From NCBI GenBank assembly GCA_017557635.1, contig JAFYYH010000021.1, positions 110,363-174,362 on the forward strand: 64,000 bases of DNA, given 5' to 3'. Below the pieces are notes generated by a model that was not told the DNA's origin, made no database searches, and saw only the letters and a program-made list of their open reading frames with translations. Made by a program: the position numbers and the translations under genes. Source of the stretch: Bacteroidaceae bacterium (GTDB lineage Bacteria > Bacteroidota > Bacteroidia > Bacteroidales > Bacteroidaceae). This document shows, piece by piece, positions 28,780 through 38,874 of the stretch (positions are counted from its first letter, which is position 1; every line of letters begins with the position of its first letter).

Positions 28780-31700
28780 ATGAATTACAAAAGACTGAAC
28801 ACTATCCTCGGATGGCTCGTGTTTGTAATTGCCGCAGTTACCTATTGCATGACAATTGAGCCGACCGCCAGTTTCTGGGATTGCCCGGAGTTCATTACAA
28901 CCGGTTATAAGATGGAAGTAGGACACCCGCCTGGGGCACCTATCTTCATGCTTACAGCAAACCTGTTCTCACAGTTTACAAGTGATCCCACCAAGGTTGC
29001 CATGATGGTCAACACCATGTCCGCCCTGCTGAGTGCGCTCTGCATACTGTTCCTTTTCTGGAGCATAACCATGCTCGTTAAGAAACTGGTTGCAGGCACC
29101 AAGGACCCCGACATGTGGCAGATGATAACCATATTCGGTTCAGGAATTGTGGGTGCTCTTGCATATACATGGTCCGATACCTTCTGGTTCAGTGCCGTTG
29201 AGGGTGAGGTCTATGCCTATTCTTCATTCTGCACCGCTGTCACATTCTGGCTCATCCTTAAGTGGGAGGAGAATGCAGATCAGCCTCACAGTGCACGCTG
29301 GCTCGTACTCATTGCATACCTGATAGGTGTTTCAGTAGGCGTTCACCTGCTGAACTTGCTCTGTATCACAGCCATCGTACTTGTTTACTATTTCAAGAAA
29401 TCCGAAAACCCCACATGGAAGGGCGGTATCCTGGCTTTCATACTTTCAGGCGTAATCATTGCAGCCGTACTCTACGGTATCGTTCCCGGTATCGTTAAGG
29501 TTGGCGGATGGTTCGAACTCCTGTTTGTGAACGGACTCGGACTGCCTTTCAACACAGGTCTGATTATCTATATCATCCTGCTTGTAGGACTTCTGGTATG
29601 GGGCGTATATGAGACACAGCGCGGTGACCGCAAATCACTCATGTACCTTTCATTCCTGCTTACCGTGGCTTTCGCCGGCATACCGTTCTACGGTCACAAG
29701 GCAGGCGGTATCGTACTGGGAATTGTCATCCTGGCTGCAGCTGCCGTATTCCTGTTCTCCAACGGAGTCTCCGAGAAGTTCAAGCCGTCGGCAACTCTTC
29801 TGAATACCATTATGCTCTGCGTGATGATGATCACCATCGGTTATTCATCTTACGCTGTCATAGTGATACGTTCAACCGCCAACCCGCCCATGGACCAGAA
29901 CTCACCCGAGGACATTTTCTCACTTGGAGATTATCTGGCCCGCGAACAGTACGGTTCAAGACCTCTGCTTTACGGACAGGCTTTCAGTTCTGAGATTCAG
30001 TACCAGATCATAAACGAGAAGAAATACTCCTACTACTCACCCGTTACCAAGTCCAAAGGCAAGGTATACGGACGTAAGGAGAAGGCCAGTGATTCCGAAA
30101 AGGACACCTACTATGTAATGGATGACAAGCGTGAGTATGTATACGCCCAGAACATGCTGTTCCCGCGCATGTACAGCAGGGACGCCGACCACGTTGCCCA
30201 GTACAAGTCATGGTGCGGAGGCATCAAGGGACGTACCGTCACCTATAACCAGCGCGGAAACAATATTAAGGTAACAATACCCACACAGGCCGAGAACCTC
30301 AAGTTCTTCTTCAGATACCAGGTCAACTTCATGTACTGGCGTTACTTCATGTGGAACTTCGCCGGCCGTCAGAATGACATCCAGAACCGCGATGGAAACA
30401 TTGAGGACGGTAACTGGATAACAGGTATCAACTTCATTGACAAGATGCTTGTGGGCGGTGACAATAACGAGTTGCCCGATTCCCTGTCCGGAAAGGGACA
30501 TAACGTATTCTACTGCCTGCCGCTGTTACTTGGTCTTTTAGGACTGCTCTGGCAGATTGGAAAGGGTCGTGAGGGAGCACACCAGTTCGTAGTGGTTCTG
30601 GCACTCTTCTTCATGACAGGTCTGGCTATCGTAGTTTACCTTAATCAGACTCCTATACAGCCGCGTGAGCGAGATTACGCATATGCCGGATCCTTCTATG
30701 CATTCGCCATTTGGATAGGACTTGGCGTTGCCGCCATCTCCGAGTGGCTGGGCAAGCTTGCCGGTAAGAAAATCTCTCCCGTAGTGGCAGCCGTCATCTG
30801 CCTGCTCGTTCCCATCCAGATGGTTGGCCAGACCTGGGATGACCATGACCGCAGCGGACGTTACGCATGCCGTGACTTTGGTAAGGATTATCTGATAACA
30901 CTTCCTGAGAAGGGTAATCCCATCATCTTTACCAACGGTGACAACGACACCTTCCCCCTGTGGTACAATTTTGAGACAGAAGGTTTCCGTACCGATGCAC
31001 GCTGCTGCAACCTTAGTTACCTAAATACAGACTGGTACATAGACCAGATGAAACGTCCCGCATACGATTCACCTGCTCTGCCTATCTCATTCAAGAGGAT
31101 AGAGTACCAGACAGGTACCGATGATTACGTGCCCATCAATCCCGAAGACAAGGAGATTCTGCTCAAGAACAACAGCAAGGAGGCTGTTGACAGGTCATTC
31201 GAGCTCCATAATGTCATGGACTATTGGATCAAGCAGCATCACATGATACCTACTGATACCATCTGGCTCAGCATTGACAAGGATGCAGTGCTCCGTTCAG
31301 GCATGATGATCCCCGAGAAGTATATTGGAGCTACCGATGAGGAGACAAAAGCCAATATGCCGGACCGCATGATAATCTCCCTGAAAGGCAAACAAGGACT
31401 TATCAAGAGCGAGATAATGATGCTTGACCTGATTGCACAATGCAACTGGGAGAGACCTCTGTTCATAGCCACCACAGTACCCAGCTCAAGTTATCTGGGT
31501 CTTGGAAACTATTTCCTGCTCGAAGGTCTGGCATACAGAATCACTCCTTTCAACTGGAACGAGGCTACAGGCCAGGACCGTGAACTCGGTTACATCGATA
31601 CTGAAAAGATGTACACCAACATGATTAACTTCAAGTACGGCGGTCTTGACCAGCCCGGTGTATATCTCGACGAGACTTACCGCAGGATGTGTCAGTCCAT

Positions 31701-32118
31701 CCGCCGTCTTGCCACACAGCTTTCAATTGAACTCTTCAACGAGGGAAAGAAAGACAAGGCTCTGGCAATTCTTGAATCAGTTGATGCCGGTATCTGCGAT
31801 GATGTCCTGCCCATGAATGATCCTATTTACGGTTCAACCTGCGAGATAACAAACCTCTACCTGAACCTTGACAGGAAGGATAGGGCACGCGAGATCATTC
31901 TCTCAACTACCGTTGATCAACTTCAGTTGATGAGATGGTATCTGAGTATGAATAACCGTAATCTCAGACGCGCAGCAGTTAAATTCACTAAGACCGCTGA
32001 ACTTGTCTATTCATACATATTCCCGCTTGTAAGACAGAGTGTGGATAAGGATCAGTTTGAAGAGGTCTTTGCTGACTGGCAGAACATGTGCGATGAATTT
32101 GAACGTCGTATAAACTGA
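28780..32118 (+). CDS. large polytopic DUF2723-type (GT-C-like, TMEM260-like) membrane protein
   Basis: 1112 aa. N-terminal TIEPTASFWDCPEFITTGYKMEVGHPPGAPIFML and ~12 helices are typical of DUF2723 proteins. Large soluble C-terminal half. Confidence 0.7.
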   Translation: MNYKRLNTILGWLVFVIAAVTYCMTIEPTASFWDCPEFITTGYKMEVGHPPGAPIFMLTANLFSQFTSDPTKVAMMVNTMSALLSALCILFLFWSITMLVKKLVAGTKDPDMWQMITIFGSGIVGALAYTWSDTFWFSAVEGEVYAYSSFCTAVTFWLILKWEENADQPHSARWLVLIAYLIGVSVGVHLLNLLCITAIVLVYYFKKSENPTWKGGILAFILSGVIIAAVLYGIVPGIVKVGGWFELLFVNGLGLPFNTGLIIYIILLVGLLVWGVYETQRGDRKSLMYLSFLLTVAFAGIPFYGHKAGGIVLGIVILAAAAVFLFSNGVSEKFKPSATLLNTIMLCVMMITIGYSSYAVIVIRSTANPPMDQNSPEDIFSLGDYLAREQYGSRPLLYGQAFSSEIQYQIINEKKYSYYSPVTKSKGKVYGRKEKASDSEKDTYYVMDDKREYVYAQNMLFPRMYSRDADHVAQYKSWCGGIKGRTVTYNQRGNNIKVTIPTQAENLKFFFRYQVNFMYWRYFMWNFAGRQNDIQNRDGNIEDGNWITGINFIDKMLVGGDNNELPDSLSGKGHNVFYCLPLLLGLLGLLWQIGKGREGAHQFVVVLALFFMTGLAIVVYLNQTPIQPRERDYAYAGSFYAFAIWIGLGVAAISEWLGKLAGKKISPVVAAVICLLVPIQMVGQTWDDHDRSGRYACRDFGKDYLITLPEKGNPIIFTNGDNDTFPLWYNFETEGFRTDARCCNLSYLNTDWYIDQMKRPAYDSPALPISFKRIEYQTGTDDYVPINPEDKEILLKNNSKEAVDRSFELHNVMDYWIKQHHMIPTDTIWLSIDKDAVLRSGMMIPEKYIGATDEETKANMPDRMIISLKGKQGLIKSEIMMLDLIAQCNWERPLFIATTVPSSSYLGLGNYFLLEGLAYRITPFNWNEATGQDRELGYIDTEKMYTNMINFKYGGLDQPGVYLDETYRRMCQSIRRLATQLSIELFNEGKKDKALAILESVDAGICDDVLPMNDPIYGSTCEITNLYLNLDRKDRAREIILSTTVDQLQLMRWYLSMNNRNLRRAAVKFTKTAELVYSYIFPLVRQSVDKDQFEEVFADWQNMCDEFERRIN

Positions 32119-32726
32119 TGATACTCGAACAGCCGACATCAATACTGAGTAAAATCTACCCGAATGGCATCTTCCGGAAAAACCCGGAAGACCATTCGGT
32201 TTATCTCACCTTCGATGACGGTCCCATTCCCGAAGTAACCCCGTGGGTCCTTGACATTCTGGACTGGTACGGCATAAAAGCCACCTTCTTCATGGTTGGT
32301 GACAACGTACGCAAACACCCGGATACATACAAAATGGTGGTGGAACGCGGGCATCACATCGGCAACCATACCTTCAATCATGTTCGCGGAATGCGCATGC
32401 GCAACCACGATTACATTGACAACGTACACAAGTGTGACAGTTATTTCAACACACGTCTGTTCCGTCCTCCGCACGGAGTACTGCGCCGTTGGACATACCG
32501 TTACATGAGAGGGGATTACGACATTGTATTCTACGATGTGATAACACGTGACTACAATGAGAAACTCAATCCCGAGAAGGTTTTGGAGATAGTCAAGAAA
32601 TACACACGCAACGGCTCAATAATTGTATTCCATGACTCTCTGCGCAGTGAGAAGAATCTGCGCTACGCTTTACCCAAAGCCATAGAATGGCTCAAGGAGC
32701 AGGGATACGAATTCAAACAGCTGTAG
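32118..32726 (+). CDS. polysaccharide deacetylase (CE4) family protein
   Basis: YLTFDDGP and GHHIGNHTFNH metal-binding motifs. 1-nt overlap with the upstream stop. Confidence 0.85.
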   Translation: MILEQPTSILSKIYPNGIFRKNPEDHSVYLTFDDGPIPEVTPWVLDILDWYGIKATFFMVGDNVRKHPDTYKMVVERGHHIGNHTFNHVRGMRMRNHDYIDNVHKCDSYFNTRLFRPPHGVLRRWTYRYMRGDYDIVFYDVITRDYNEKLNPEKVLEIVKKYTRNGSIIVFHDSLRSEKNLRYALPKAIEWLKEQGYEFKQL

Positions 32727-32727
32727 A

Positions 32728-34143
32728 TTAAAGACCAAGTTCACACAGGACGGTGCAGATCTTGTCCTGGACATTTCTTGAGGGTGGCATCTTGATGGCA
32801 CCCTCATTCATTATGCAGAATGCCAGGTCACGGCCGTCGGCTGTATGGATATAGCCGGCAAGTGTGCATGACCCTGTCACTGATCCTGTCTTGGCGTGAA
32901 CCTTGTTCAGTGTAGTCTTGCCGCTCAGACGCGTCTTGAGCGTACCGTCCACACCCGATATGGGAAGGCTCTTATACATGATCTTATACAGGTCCTGATC
33001 CTTGTAAATGAGTGAGAGCATATCGACAATGAACTGCGGCGAGCACATGTCATACATAGAGAGTCCGCTGCCGTCCACGATATTGTATGACGATGAGAAC
33101 ATGCCGAACTTGCGGTTCACAAACTCCTGCAGGTACTTGGCGGCATCCTTGAATTTTATCTCCCTGGGGTACTGCAGACGTCCTGTCTGGAGGAACATTG
33201 CCTCGGCAAAGAGGTTGTTGCTCTCCTTCAACGCCTCCTTGACTATCTGGGGCAGGTCATGTGATACTGTGGATACTTCTCGTCCGATGACCGGGCATCG
33301 GCCCCAGTCATATTTGCCGTAACTGATTCCGGCCTCGTCAAGGTACTGACGGAACAGGGCGAAGGTGAAATCGGCCGAGCCCACCACACTCAGGTCTGTT
33401 GACTGACGGCGTTTGCAGTTTCCCTCAACGATTATGGTGTTGTCATTATGCATCCAGTCACGGGTTATGGTGAGCGGACCAAGCGTATCACAAAGGGTAA
33501 GCGATTTGTTCACCACCCTGATGTGGGTGTTGGCGGGATAGATGTTCACCTCGGGAGCCTTGCCCTTGGAGGTGGGTTTTACCTCGATGCCCACAAATCC
33601 CTGATGAACCATGAGCGGTGAGATATAGGGCTGGAAACTGGCAGGTGCATCATCCCAGCACCATCCTGTGGCCCAGTACATGGTGTCCATTATGGAGACG
33701 TCGGCGTAGATGGTTCCGTTTATACGGTTCACTCCCGCTTGCTTGAGGTCACTTACCATACTGCGCAGTTCATGCTCGTTAAGTGCGGGATCCAGACCGC
33801 CCACCAGATAGAGGTTTCCGTTCAGGACGCTGTCGCTGCCTATTGTTCCATGGGCTTTCAGCGTTGTCTTGAACTTGTAGTCGGCACCAAGTGAGGTAAG
33901 CGCCGTGACTGAAGTAATGACCTTCTGCACCGAAGCGGGGCGGCACATGATTTTCTCGCGGTAGGCGTAGAGGGTTGTGTCGTTGGTAAGGTCATAAACC
34001 ATCAGGGCTACATCGGTTCCCTCGGGCATATCCTCATATATGATCTGGTCTATACGCTCGGTAAGTGAATCCAGGTCAATGCTGACCGCCGGCAGGGAAA
34101 CTGACAGCAGGAGGGAAAGAATGATAGTCCTTATATTTTTCAT
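32728..34143 (-). CDS. dacB: D-alanyl-D-alanine carboxypeptidase/endopeptidase (PBP4, S13 family)
   Basis: SVQK (SxxK) active-site motif, KTGS motif (AKTGSVTG), signal peptide. ATG 34143 (MKNIRTII...) is preferred over the TTG at 34167. Confidence 0.8.
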   Translation of the reverse strand: MKNIRTIILSLLLSVSLPAVSIDLDSLTERIDQIIYEDMPEGTDVALMVYDLTNDTTLYAYREKIMCRPASVQKVITSVTALTSLGADYKFKTTLKAHGTIGSDSVLNGNLYLVGGLDPALNEHELRSMVSDLKQAGVNRINGTIYADVSIMDTMYWATGWCWDDAPASFQPYISPLMVHQGFVGIEVKPTSKGKAPEVNIYPANTHIRVVNKSLTLCDTLGPLTITRDWMHNDNTIIVEGNCKRRQSTDLSVVGSADFTFALFRQYLDEAGISYGKYDWGRCPVIGREVSTVSHDLPQIVKEALKESNNLFAEAMFLQTGRLQYPREIKFKDAAKYLQEFVNRKFGMFSSSYNIVDGSGLSMYDMCSPQFIVDMLSLIYKDQDLYKIMYKSLPISGVDGTLKTRLSGKTTLNKVHAKTGSVTGSCTLAGYIHTADGRDLAFCIMNEGAIKMPPSRNVQDKICTVLCELGL

Positions 34144-34144
34144 T

Positions 34145-34921
34145 TCAATACGATACTGATGTTTCAAGACCGTTCTCCCTGAGTTTTGCCGCTATGCCGT
34201 CAAGGGTTTCGCGGCTTGCCTTGCGCAAGGTGGAGACCGGAGTCTCACGGTCAATGGTGTAAATCATAACCTGACTGGGTGCAATCTTCTTTACCGTCTC
34301 TATCCACGGCAGCACGTAACGGTCAGCGGTGTTGTCCATGTCACGGCCGTCAAGCGTTCCGGTCAGGAACATGGTCTGAATGATTACATGTCCCTTGAAA
34401 TCACACAGAGCCTTGATTATGGCATCCAGGTCATAGTGTCCCACAGGGTTGTCTATGAGACGGATGTAGTCAATGTCCACAGTGTCCAGTTTCTGGATGT
34501 TGTTGTCCAGCTTGAGCAGCGCCTTGAATATGGCGGGATCCGTCACGCGGGTGCCGTTGCTCAGCACGCTCACTTTGGCCTGAGGGAAGAACTCGTCACG
34601 CAGAGCCAGCACATCGTCAACTATCTCCGGGAACTCGGGGTTGGCGGTGGGCTCGCCGTTACCGGCAAACGTAAGCACGTTGGGTTCGGGCCCATCGGCC
34701 TTCATCCTGGCAAGAGTTGCGCGCAGGGCCTCATAGACCTCAGTTCTTGTGGGCCGATGATGATGCGGATGGTGCTCGCTGTTACGGCCGCACTCGCAGT
34801 ATATGCAGTCAAAGGTGCATATCTTACCGTCGGCGGGCATCAGGTTGATTCCCAAAGATACACCCAGGCGGCGGCTGTGAACGGGACCGAATATCGGCGA
34901 ACTGTATAAAACTGTAGACAT
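34145..34921 (-). CDS. radical SAM protein of unknown specific function
   Basis: CTFDCIYCEC (CxxxCxxC) cluster motif near the N-terminus. ATG 34921 (MSTVLYSSPIFGPV...) is preferred over the TTG at 34942. Confidence 0.75.
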   Translation of the reverse strand: MSTVLYSSPIFGPVHSRRLGVSLGINLMPADGKICTFDCIYCECGRNSEHHPHHHRPTRTEVYEALRATLARMKADGPEPNVLTFAGNGEPTANPEFPEIVDDVLALRDEFFPQAKVSVLSNGTRVTDPAIFKALLKLDNNIQKLDTVDIDYIRLIDNPVGHYDLDAIIKALCDFKGHVIIQTMFLTGTLDGRDMDNTADRYVLPWIETVKKIAPSQVMIYTIDRETPVSTLRKASRETLDGIAAKLRENGLETSVSY

Positions 34922-34948
34922 AACGAGCGCAAAAATAGTCAAATTCTG

Positions 34949-36937
34949 TCAGAACTTGGCTATGAACTGCAGCGATATGTCCTCCTTGTGATTGGATGCT
35001 ATACGCTGCTGCGCGGAACTTATCTCGTCACGGTCCAGGTAGTATGTTCCGCCTGCCTTGAGATTCAGCTGCATGTTTTTGCCCATCCGGTATTTTACTG
35101 TCAGCGCCAACCGCCCGCCTTTGCCGTACAGGCTTATGAAGTTGTATGAATACCTGAGTCCGCTTTCATAGACCGAAACACGGCAGTCATAACTCTCAGT
35201 ATGGAATGCCGCTGCCGTCAGGTTCACGTCAAGTCTCTCCTTAAAAAGACTGCGGCTGTAACTCCCGGTCAGCGCATAGCCGTTGGTAATGGTCTCGGCT
35301 ATGAAATCATACCTTACGTAAAAAAACTGGGTCCTCATTTCCGATCCATCCTTGAATTCATGTGTCCAGCGCAGACGGTAACGTCCCGTAAGGCAGTACT
35401 CCAACTGACCCGTGTACTTGCAGTCCTTCTGCTTGGCTTTGAAACGGGCGGTAACATAGAGAGCGTCCCAGCGTCCCGCTCTCCAATCGGCCTCCATGCG
35501 CAGGTCCATCCCGTTACTCGGGGCCGATGCCCCATACCTGGGCTCAGGATGCATGAACAGGTCGGCATAACCGCTCACTTTCAGGTTATGACCGCTATGG
35601 ACCAAACCCGTGAGCAGACCCGTTTCATTCTGGACGCCTCCCTCGGACATGGAATTAGAGTGAAGTGACTGATACTTGGGGCTGTAATGACGGAATACGG
35701 AATTGAGTGTCCACCCCTTGTGCAGCCGGAATGTCTGTGATGCAATCAACGCCGGCTCGGAATTCAGCAGGGAGAATTCAGCCTTCAGCGAGTACCAAGA
35801 CCTGTTCACTGAACAGTCTGCCGCCACTCCCGCATAACGGCTGCCGCCCTTATAGGGAAGAGACAGTTCCTCATACAGGGCGGTGACACCATATCTCAGA
35901 CCACGGAAACCGTAACGCACATTGGCAGCATAAGTGCTGAGCGTTACATTGTGTTTCTTGGACAGTTCCAGCCCAGTGCGATGATATCCGTCCTCCTTCA
36001 GCGACCCTATCACAGTGTCGCCTTTGATTGTAGCGTCAAGAGGTGTCAAGGCCCCCAGTAACGTAAATGTGGTATGTCCCCACTCCAGTGCCACACCCGC
36101 TCCCCGCAGGTAACCGTACTCCTGGGTTGATGAGTGCGGCTTAAGTCCCTGCGTCTGACGGCTCATGGTTGACAGCGCCATGTTCTTACCCACACTGAAT
36201 CCTCCGCCCATCAGCAGACCCTGTCCGAACTGTGCCTTGAAGTTTCCTAGTGCCAACTCCTTGAGAGCACCCACATCCTTTATGAACAGATAGGGTGACC
36301 AGAAGTCATAACCCTTTTCTCCCGCGTCCTTATCGGCCGATATCCCCAGCCTTATCCGGTTATGCCAGTTGAATGAGTAGCGCAGGTTGTGTGACAGCCG
36401 GCCGCCCCGGTATGTCCGGTTGGGATAACGCTGCAACTCCTCGGGTGAGTGGTATCGGAAGCCGTCTCTCAGGTAGAGCGGTATGTCCATGCGCACCAAC
36501 AGTTCGCTGTGTCCGTTGCGCAGCACATCGGCCAGTCTGATTCTCTCCTTCTGCGGCGGGACAGGGCCTGCATAGACAAAGTGGCGCAGCAGACGGCGGG
36601 TCTCAAGGTCCAGACTTCCGGTCAGCTGGAGTTCGCCCAGCGTGAGCATCGGACCGTGCATGTAGACGTATGCGTGGATGTCCTCGATCTGTCGGTCGCT
36701 AAGGAACGGCAGCATGGAGAGTTCATCCCTTGTGGCCGTGTTGATGTTTAAGGGTGATTCATGAATGGACTCGTAAATGCAGCACAACTCCTCAATGGCA
36801 TTGTCTGTGAGTTCTTCATCGGACAGGAGCGTCTCAAGTACGCTCTCCCACCCGCGGGTTTCGGGTTCCTGGGGGTAAACGGCGGTCATGGGAAATGACA
36901 GCAGGGCAAACCAGGAGATTAACAATCTCGATTTCAT
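34949..36937 (-). CDS. secreted helix-hairpin-helix (ComEA-like) domain protein with large beta-rich, OMP-like C-terminal region
   Basis: Signal peptide. NINTATRDELSMLPFLSDRQIEDI matches the ComEA-type HhH motif. The remainder is rich in alternating aromatic/Gly beta-strand patterns and ends ...LQFIAKF (C-terminal Phe as in outer-membrane barrels). Confidence 0.55.
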   Translation of the reverse strand: MKSRLLISWFALLSFPMTAVYPQEPETRGWESVLETLLSDEELTDNAIEELCCIYESIHESPLNINTATRDELSMLPFLSDRQIEDIHAYVYMHGPMLTLGELQLTGSLDLETRRLLRHFVYAGPVPPQKERIRLADVLRNGHSELLVRMDIPLYLRDGFRYHSPEELQRYPNRTYRGGRLSHNLRYSFNWHNRIRLGISADKDAGEKGYDFWSPYLFIKDVGALKELALGNFKAQFGQGLLMGGGFSVGKNMALSTMSRQTQGLKPHSSTQEYGYLRGAGVALEWGHTTFTLLGALTPLDATIKGDTVIGSLKEDGYHRTGLELSKKHNVTLSTYAANVRYGFRGLRYGVTALYEELSLPYKGGSRYAGVAADCSVNRSWYSLKAEFSLLNSEPALIASQTFRLHKGWTLNSVFRHYSPKYQSLHSNSMSEGGVQNETGLLTGLVHSGHNLKVSGYADLFMHPEPRYGASAPSNGMDLRMEADWRAGRWDALYVTARFKAKQKDCKYTGQLEYCLTGRYRLRWTHEFKDGSEMRTQFFYVRYDFIAETITNGYALTGSYSRSLFKERLDVNLTAAAFHTESYDCRVSVYESGLRYSYNFISLYGKGGRLALTVKYRMGKNMQLNLKAGGTYYLDRDEISSAQQRIASNHKEDISLQFIAKF

Positions 36938-37009
36938 AGTATAACAGTATTAGAAACAAATGTTTTCCAAAGGATTTGCTCAAAAGTAGGTCTTTTTTGG
37001 GAGAATTGA

Positions 37010-37017
37010 TAATTTTG
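37010..37017 (+). promoter_or_regulatory. Bacteroidota -7 promoter box (TAATTTTG)
   Basis: TAnnTTTG match 5 nt upstream of ATG 37023, which implies a very short leader. Confidence 0.35.
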
Positions 37018-37022
37018 CAGAC

Positions 37023-37631
37023 ATGAAACGTATCGTCATACTGTTGCTGACCATGGTAATGTGCATTCCCGCCTTTTGCGCAGAGCCCGATGATGACGAC
37101 AAGCAGAAGCGTGTGCTTGTGGCTTTGGCCACCATCATCGACGGCGATACGGTCCCCACTTTCGAGATGATGGAGGTGGTCATTTACGGAAAGCGCATCT
37201 ACCCCAGCGCCCGCAAGCAGCGCAAATACGATAAACTTACCCGCAACGTACAGAAGATGTACCCCATTGCCCTTGAGGTCAAGGCCATATTGGTGGAGAC
37301 CTATCTCTACATGCAGACCCTGCAGGATGACGACGCCCGCAAGGAGCATCTTGAAAAGGTGGAGCAGGGCGTATGGGACCAGTACTACCCCATCATGAGA
37401 CGGTGCACCCTGGCGCAGGGCAAACTGCTTATCAAACTCATTGACCGCGAATGTAACCAGACCAGTTATGACCTGATCAGAGCCTTCATTGGCGGTTTCA
37501 AGGCCAAGTTCTACCAGACATTCGCCGCCCTCTTCGGAGCCTCGCTCAAGAAGGAGTATGATCCCGAGCATGATGATGAGGACGCCATGATCGAGGAGAT
37601 TATCTGGATGATAGACAACGATATGCTCTAA
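37023..37631 (+). CDS. secreted protein of unknown function (DUF4294-like)
   Basis: 202 aa with a signal peptide. The QGKLLIKLIDRECNQTSYDLI segment is recalled from the DUF4294 family. That assignment is from memory only. Confidence 0.45.
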   Translation: MKRIVILLLTMVMCIPAFCAEPDDDDKQKRVLVALATIIDGDTVPTFEMMEVVIYGKRIYPSARKQRKYDKLTRNVQKMYPIALEVKAILVETYLYMQTLQDDDARKEHLEKVEQGVWDQYYPIMRRCTLAQGKLLIKLIDRECNQTSYDLIRAFIGGFKAKFYQTFAALFGASLKKEYDPEHDDEDAMIEEIIWMIDNDML

Positions 37632-37644
37632 CGCAAATTTTTGC

Positions 37645-37652
37645 TACCTTTG
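37645..37652 (+). promoter_or_regulatory. promoter-like box (TACCTTTG), distal
   Basis: TAnnTTTG match 110 nt upstream of ychF. A second box follows at 37728. Confidence 0.3.
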
Positions 37653-37727
37653 ACCTTCGGTCCTAGATAAGCTTCGCCTCGGGATAAAAAACAAACAAGT
37701 TTGTTTTATTCTCCTCTCGGCTTGCAT

Positions 37728-37735
37728 TATCTTTG
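37728..37735 (+). promoter_or_regulatory. Bacteroidota -7 promoter box (TATCTTTG) for ychF
   Basis: TAnnTTTG match 26 nt upstream of ATG 37762. Confidence 0.45.
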
Positions 37736-37761
37736 CACCGTTATTTCAAAAGTAGTATCAA

Positions 37762-38862
37762 ATGTCATTGCAATGCGGCATAGTGGGCCTGCCCAACGTA
37801 GGTAAATCCACACTTTTCAACTGTCTGTCAAGCGCCAAGGCGCAGGCAGCGAACTTCCCTTTCTGCACAATCGAACCCAACGTAGGAACCATCACCGTCC
37901 CCGATGAGCGCCTGACCAAACTGGCCGAGCTGGTACATCCGGGCCGAATCGTTCCCGCCACCGTTGAAATAGTCGATATCGCCGGTCTGGTAAAAGGCGC
38001 AAGCAAGGGTGAGGGTCTGGGCAACAAGTTTCTGGGCAACATCCGTGAGTGCGACGCCATAATCCATGTTCTGCGCTGCTTTGACGATGAGAACGTGACA
38101 CATGTTGACGGCACTGTCAACCCAGTCCGTGACAAGGAGATAATTGACACCGAACTTCAGATAAAGGACCTTGAGACAATTGAGCAGCGTCTCCAGAAGG
38201 TAGCCAAGCAGGCTGCCGTTGGTGACAAACAGGCTAAGATTGTATGCGATGTCCTGAACGCCTACCGCGACGTTCTGCTGCAGGGCAAATCGGCCCGTAC
38301 CGTAACCTTCGAATCAAAGGATGAAGAGAAGATTGCCCATGACCTGTTCCTGCTCACCTCAAAACCCGTGCTCTATGTGTGCAACGTGGATGAGGGCAGC
38401 GTAAAGACAGGCAACGCATATGTGGAGCAGGTGCGTGAGGCCATCAAGGACGAGAACGCACAGCTGCTGGTAATTGCAGCCAAGACCGAGAGTGAGATTG
38501 CCGAGCTTGAGAGTTATGAGGACCGTCAGATGTTCCTTGAGGAACTGGGTCTGGAGGAATCGGGCGTAAACCGTCTGGTCAAGTCAGCTTTCAGCCTCTT
38601 GAACCTTGAGACATTCATCACCGCCGGACCCATGGAGGTCAAGGCCTGGACATACCGCAAGGGTTGGAAGGCACCGCAGTGCGCCGGTGTTATCCATACC
38701 GACTTTGAGAAGGGCTTTATCCGTGCCGAGGTCATCAAGTACAACGATTACGTTGAACTTGGTTCCGAAGCCGCCGTACGCGATGCCGGCAAGCTCTACG
38801 TGGAGGGTAAGGATTACGTGGTTGAGGACGGTGATATCATGCACTTCCGTTTCAACGTATAA
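37762..38862 (+). CDS. ychF: redox-regulated ribosome-binding ATPase YchF
   Basis: GIVGLPNVGKSTLFN P-loop, 366 aa, C-terminal TGS-like region ...MHFRFNV. Confidence 0.95.
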   Translation: MSLQCGIVGLPNVGKSTLFNCLSSAKAQAANFPFCTIEPNVGTITVPDERLTKLAELVHPGRIVPATVEIVDIAGLVKGASKGEGLGNKFLGNIRECDAIIHVLRCFDDENVTHVDGTVNPVRDKEIIDTELQIKDLETIEQRLQKVAKQAAVGDKQAKIVCDVLNAYRDVLLQGKSARTVTFESKDEEKIAHDLFLLTSKPVLYVCNVDEGSVKTGNAYVEQVREAIKDENAQLLVIAAKTESEIAELESYEDRQMFLEELGLEESGVNRLVKSAFSLLNLETFITAGPMEVKAWTYRKGWKAPQCAGVIHTDFEKGFIRAEVIKYNDYVELGSEAAVRDAGKLYVEGKDYVVEDGDIMHFRFNV

Positions 38863-38874
38863 AACTCATTGACT

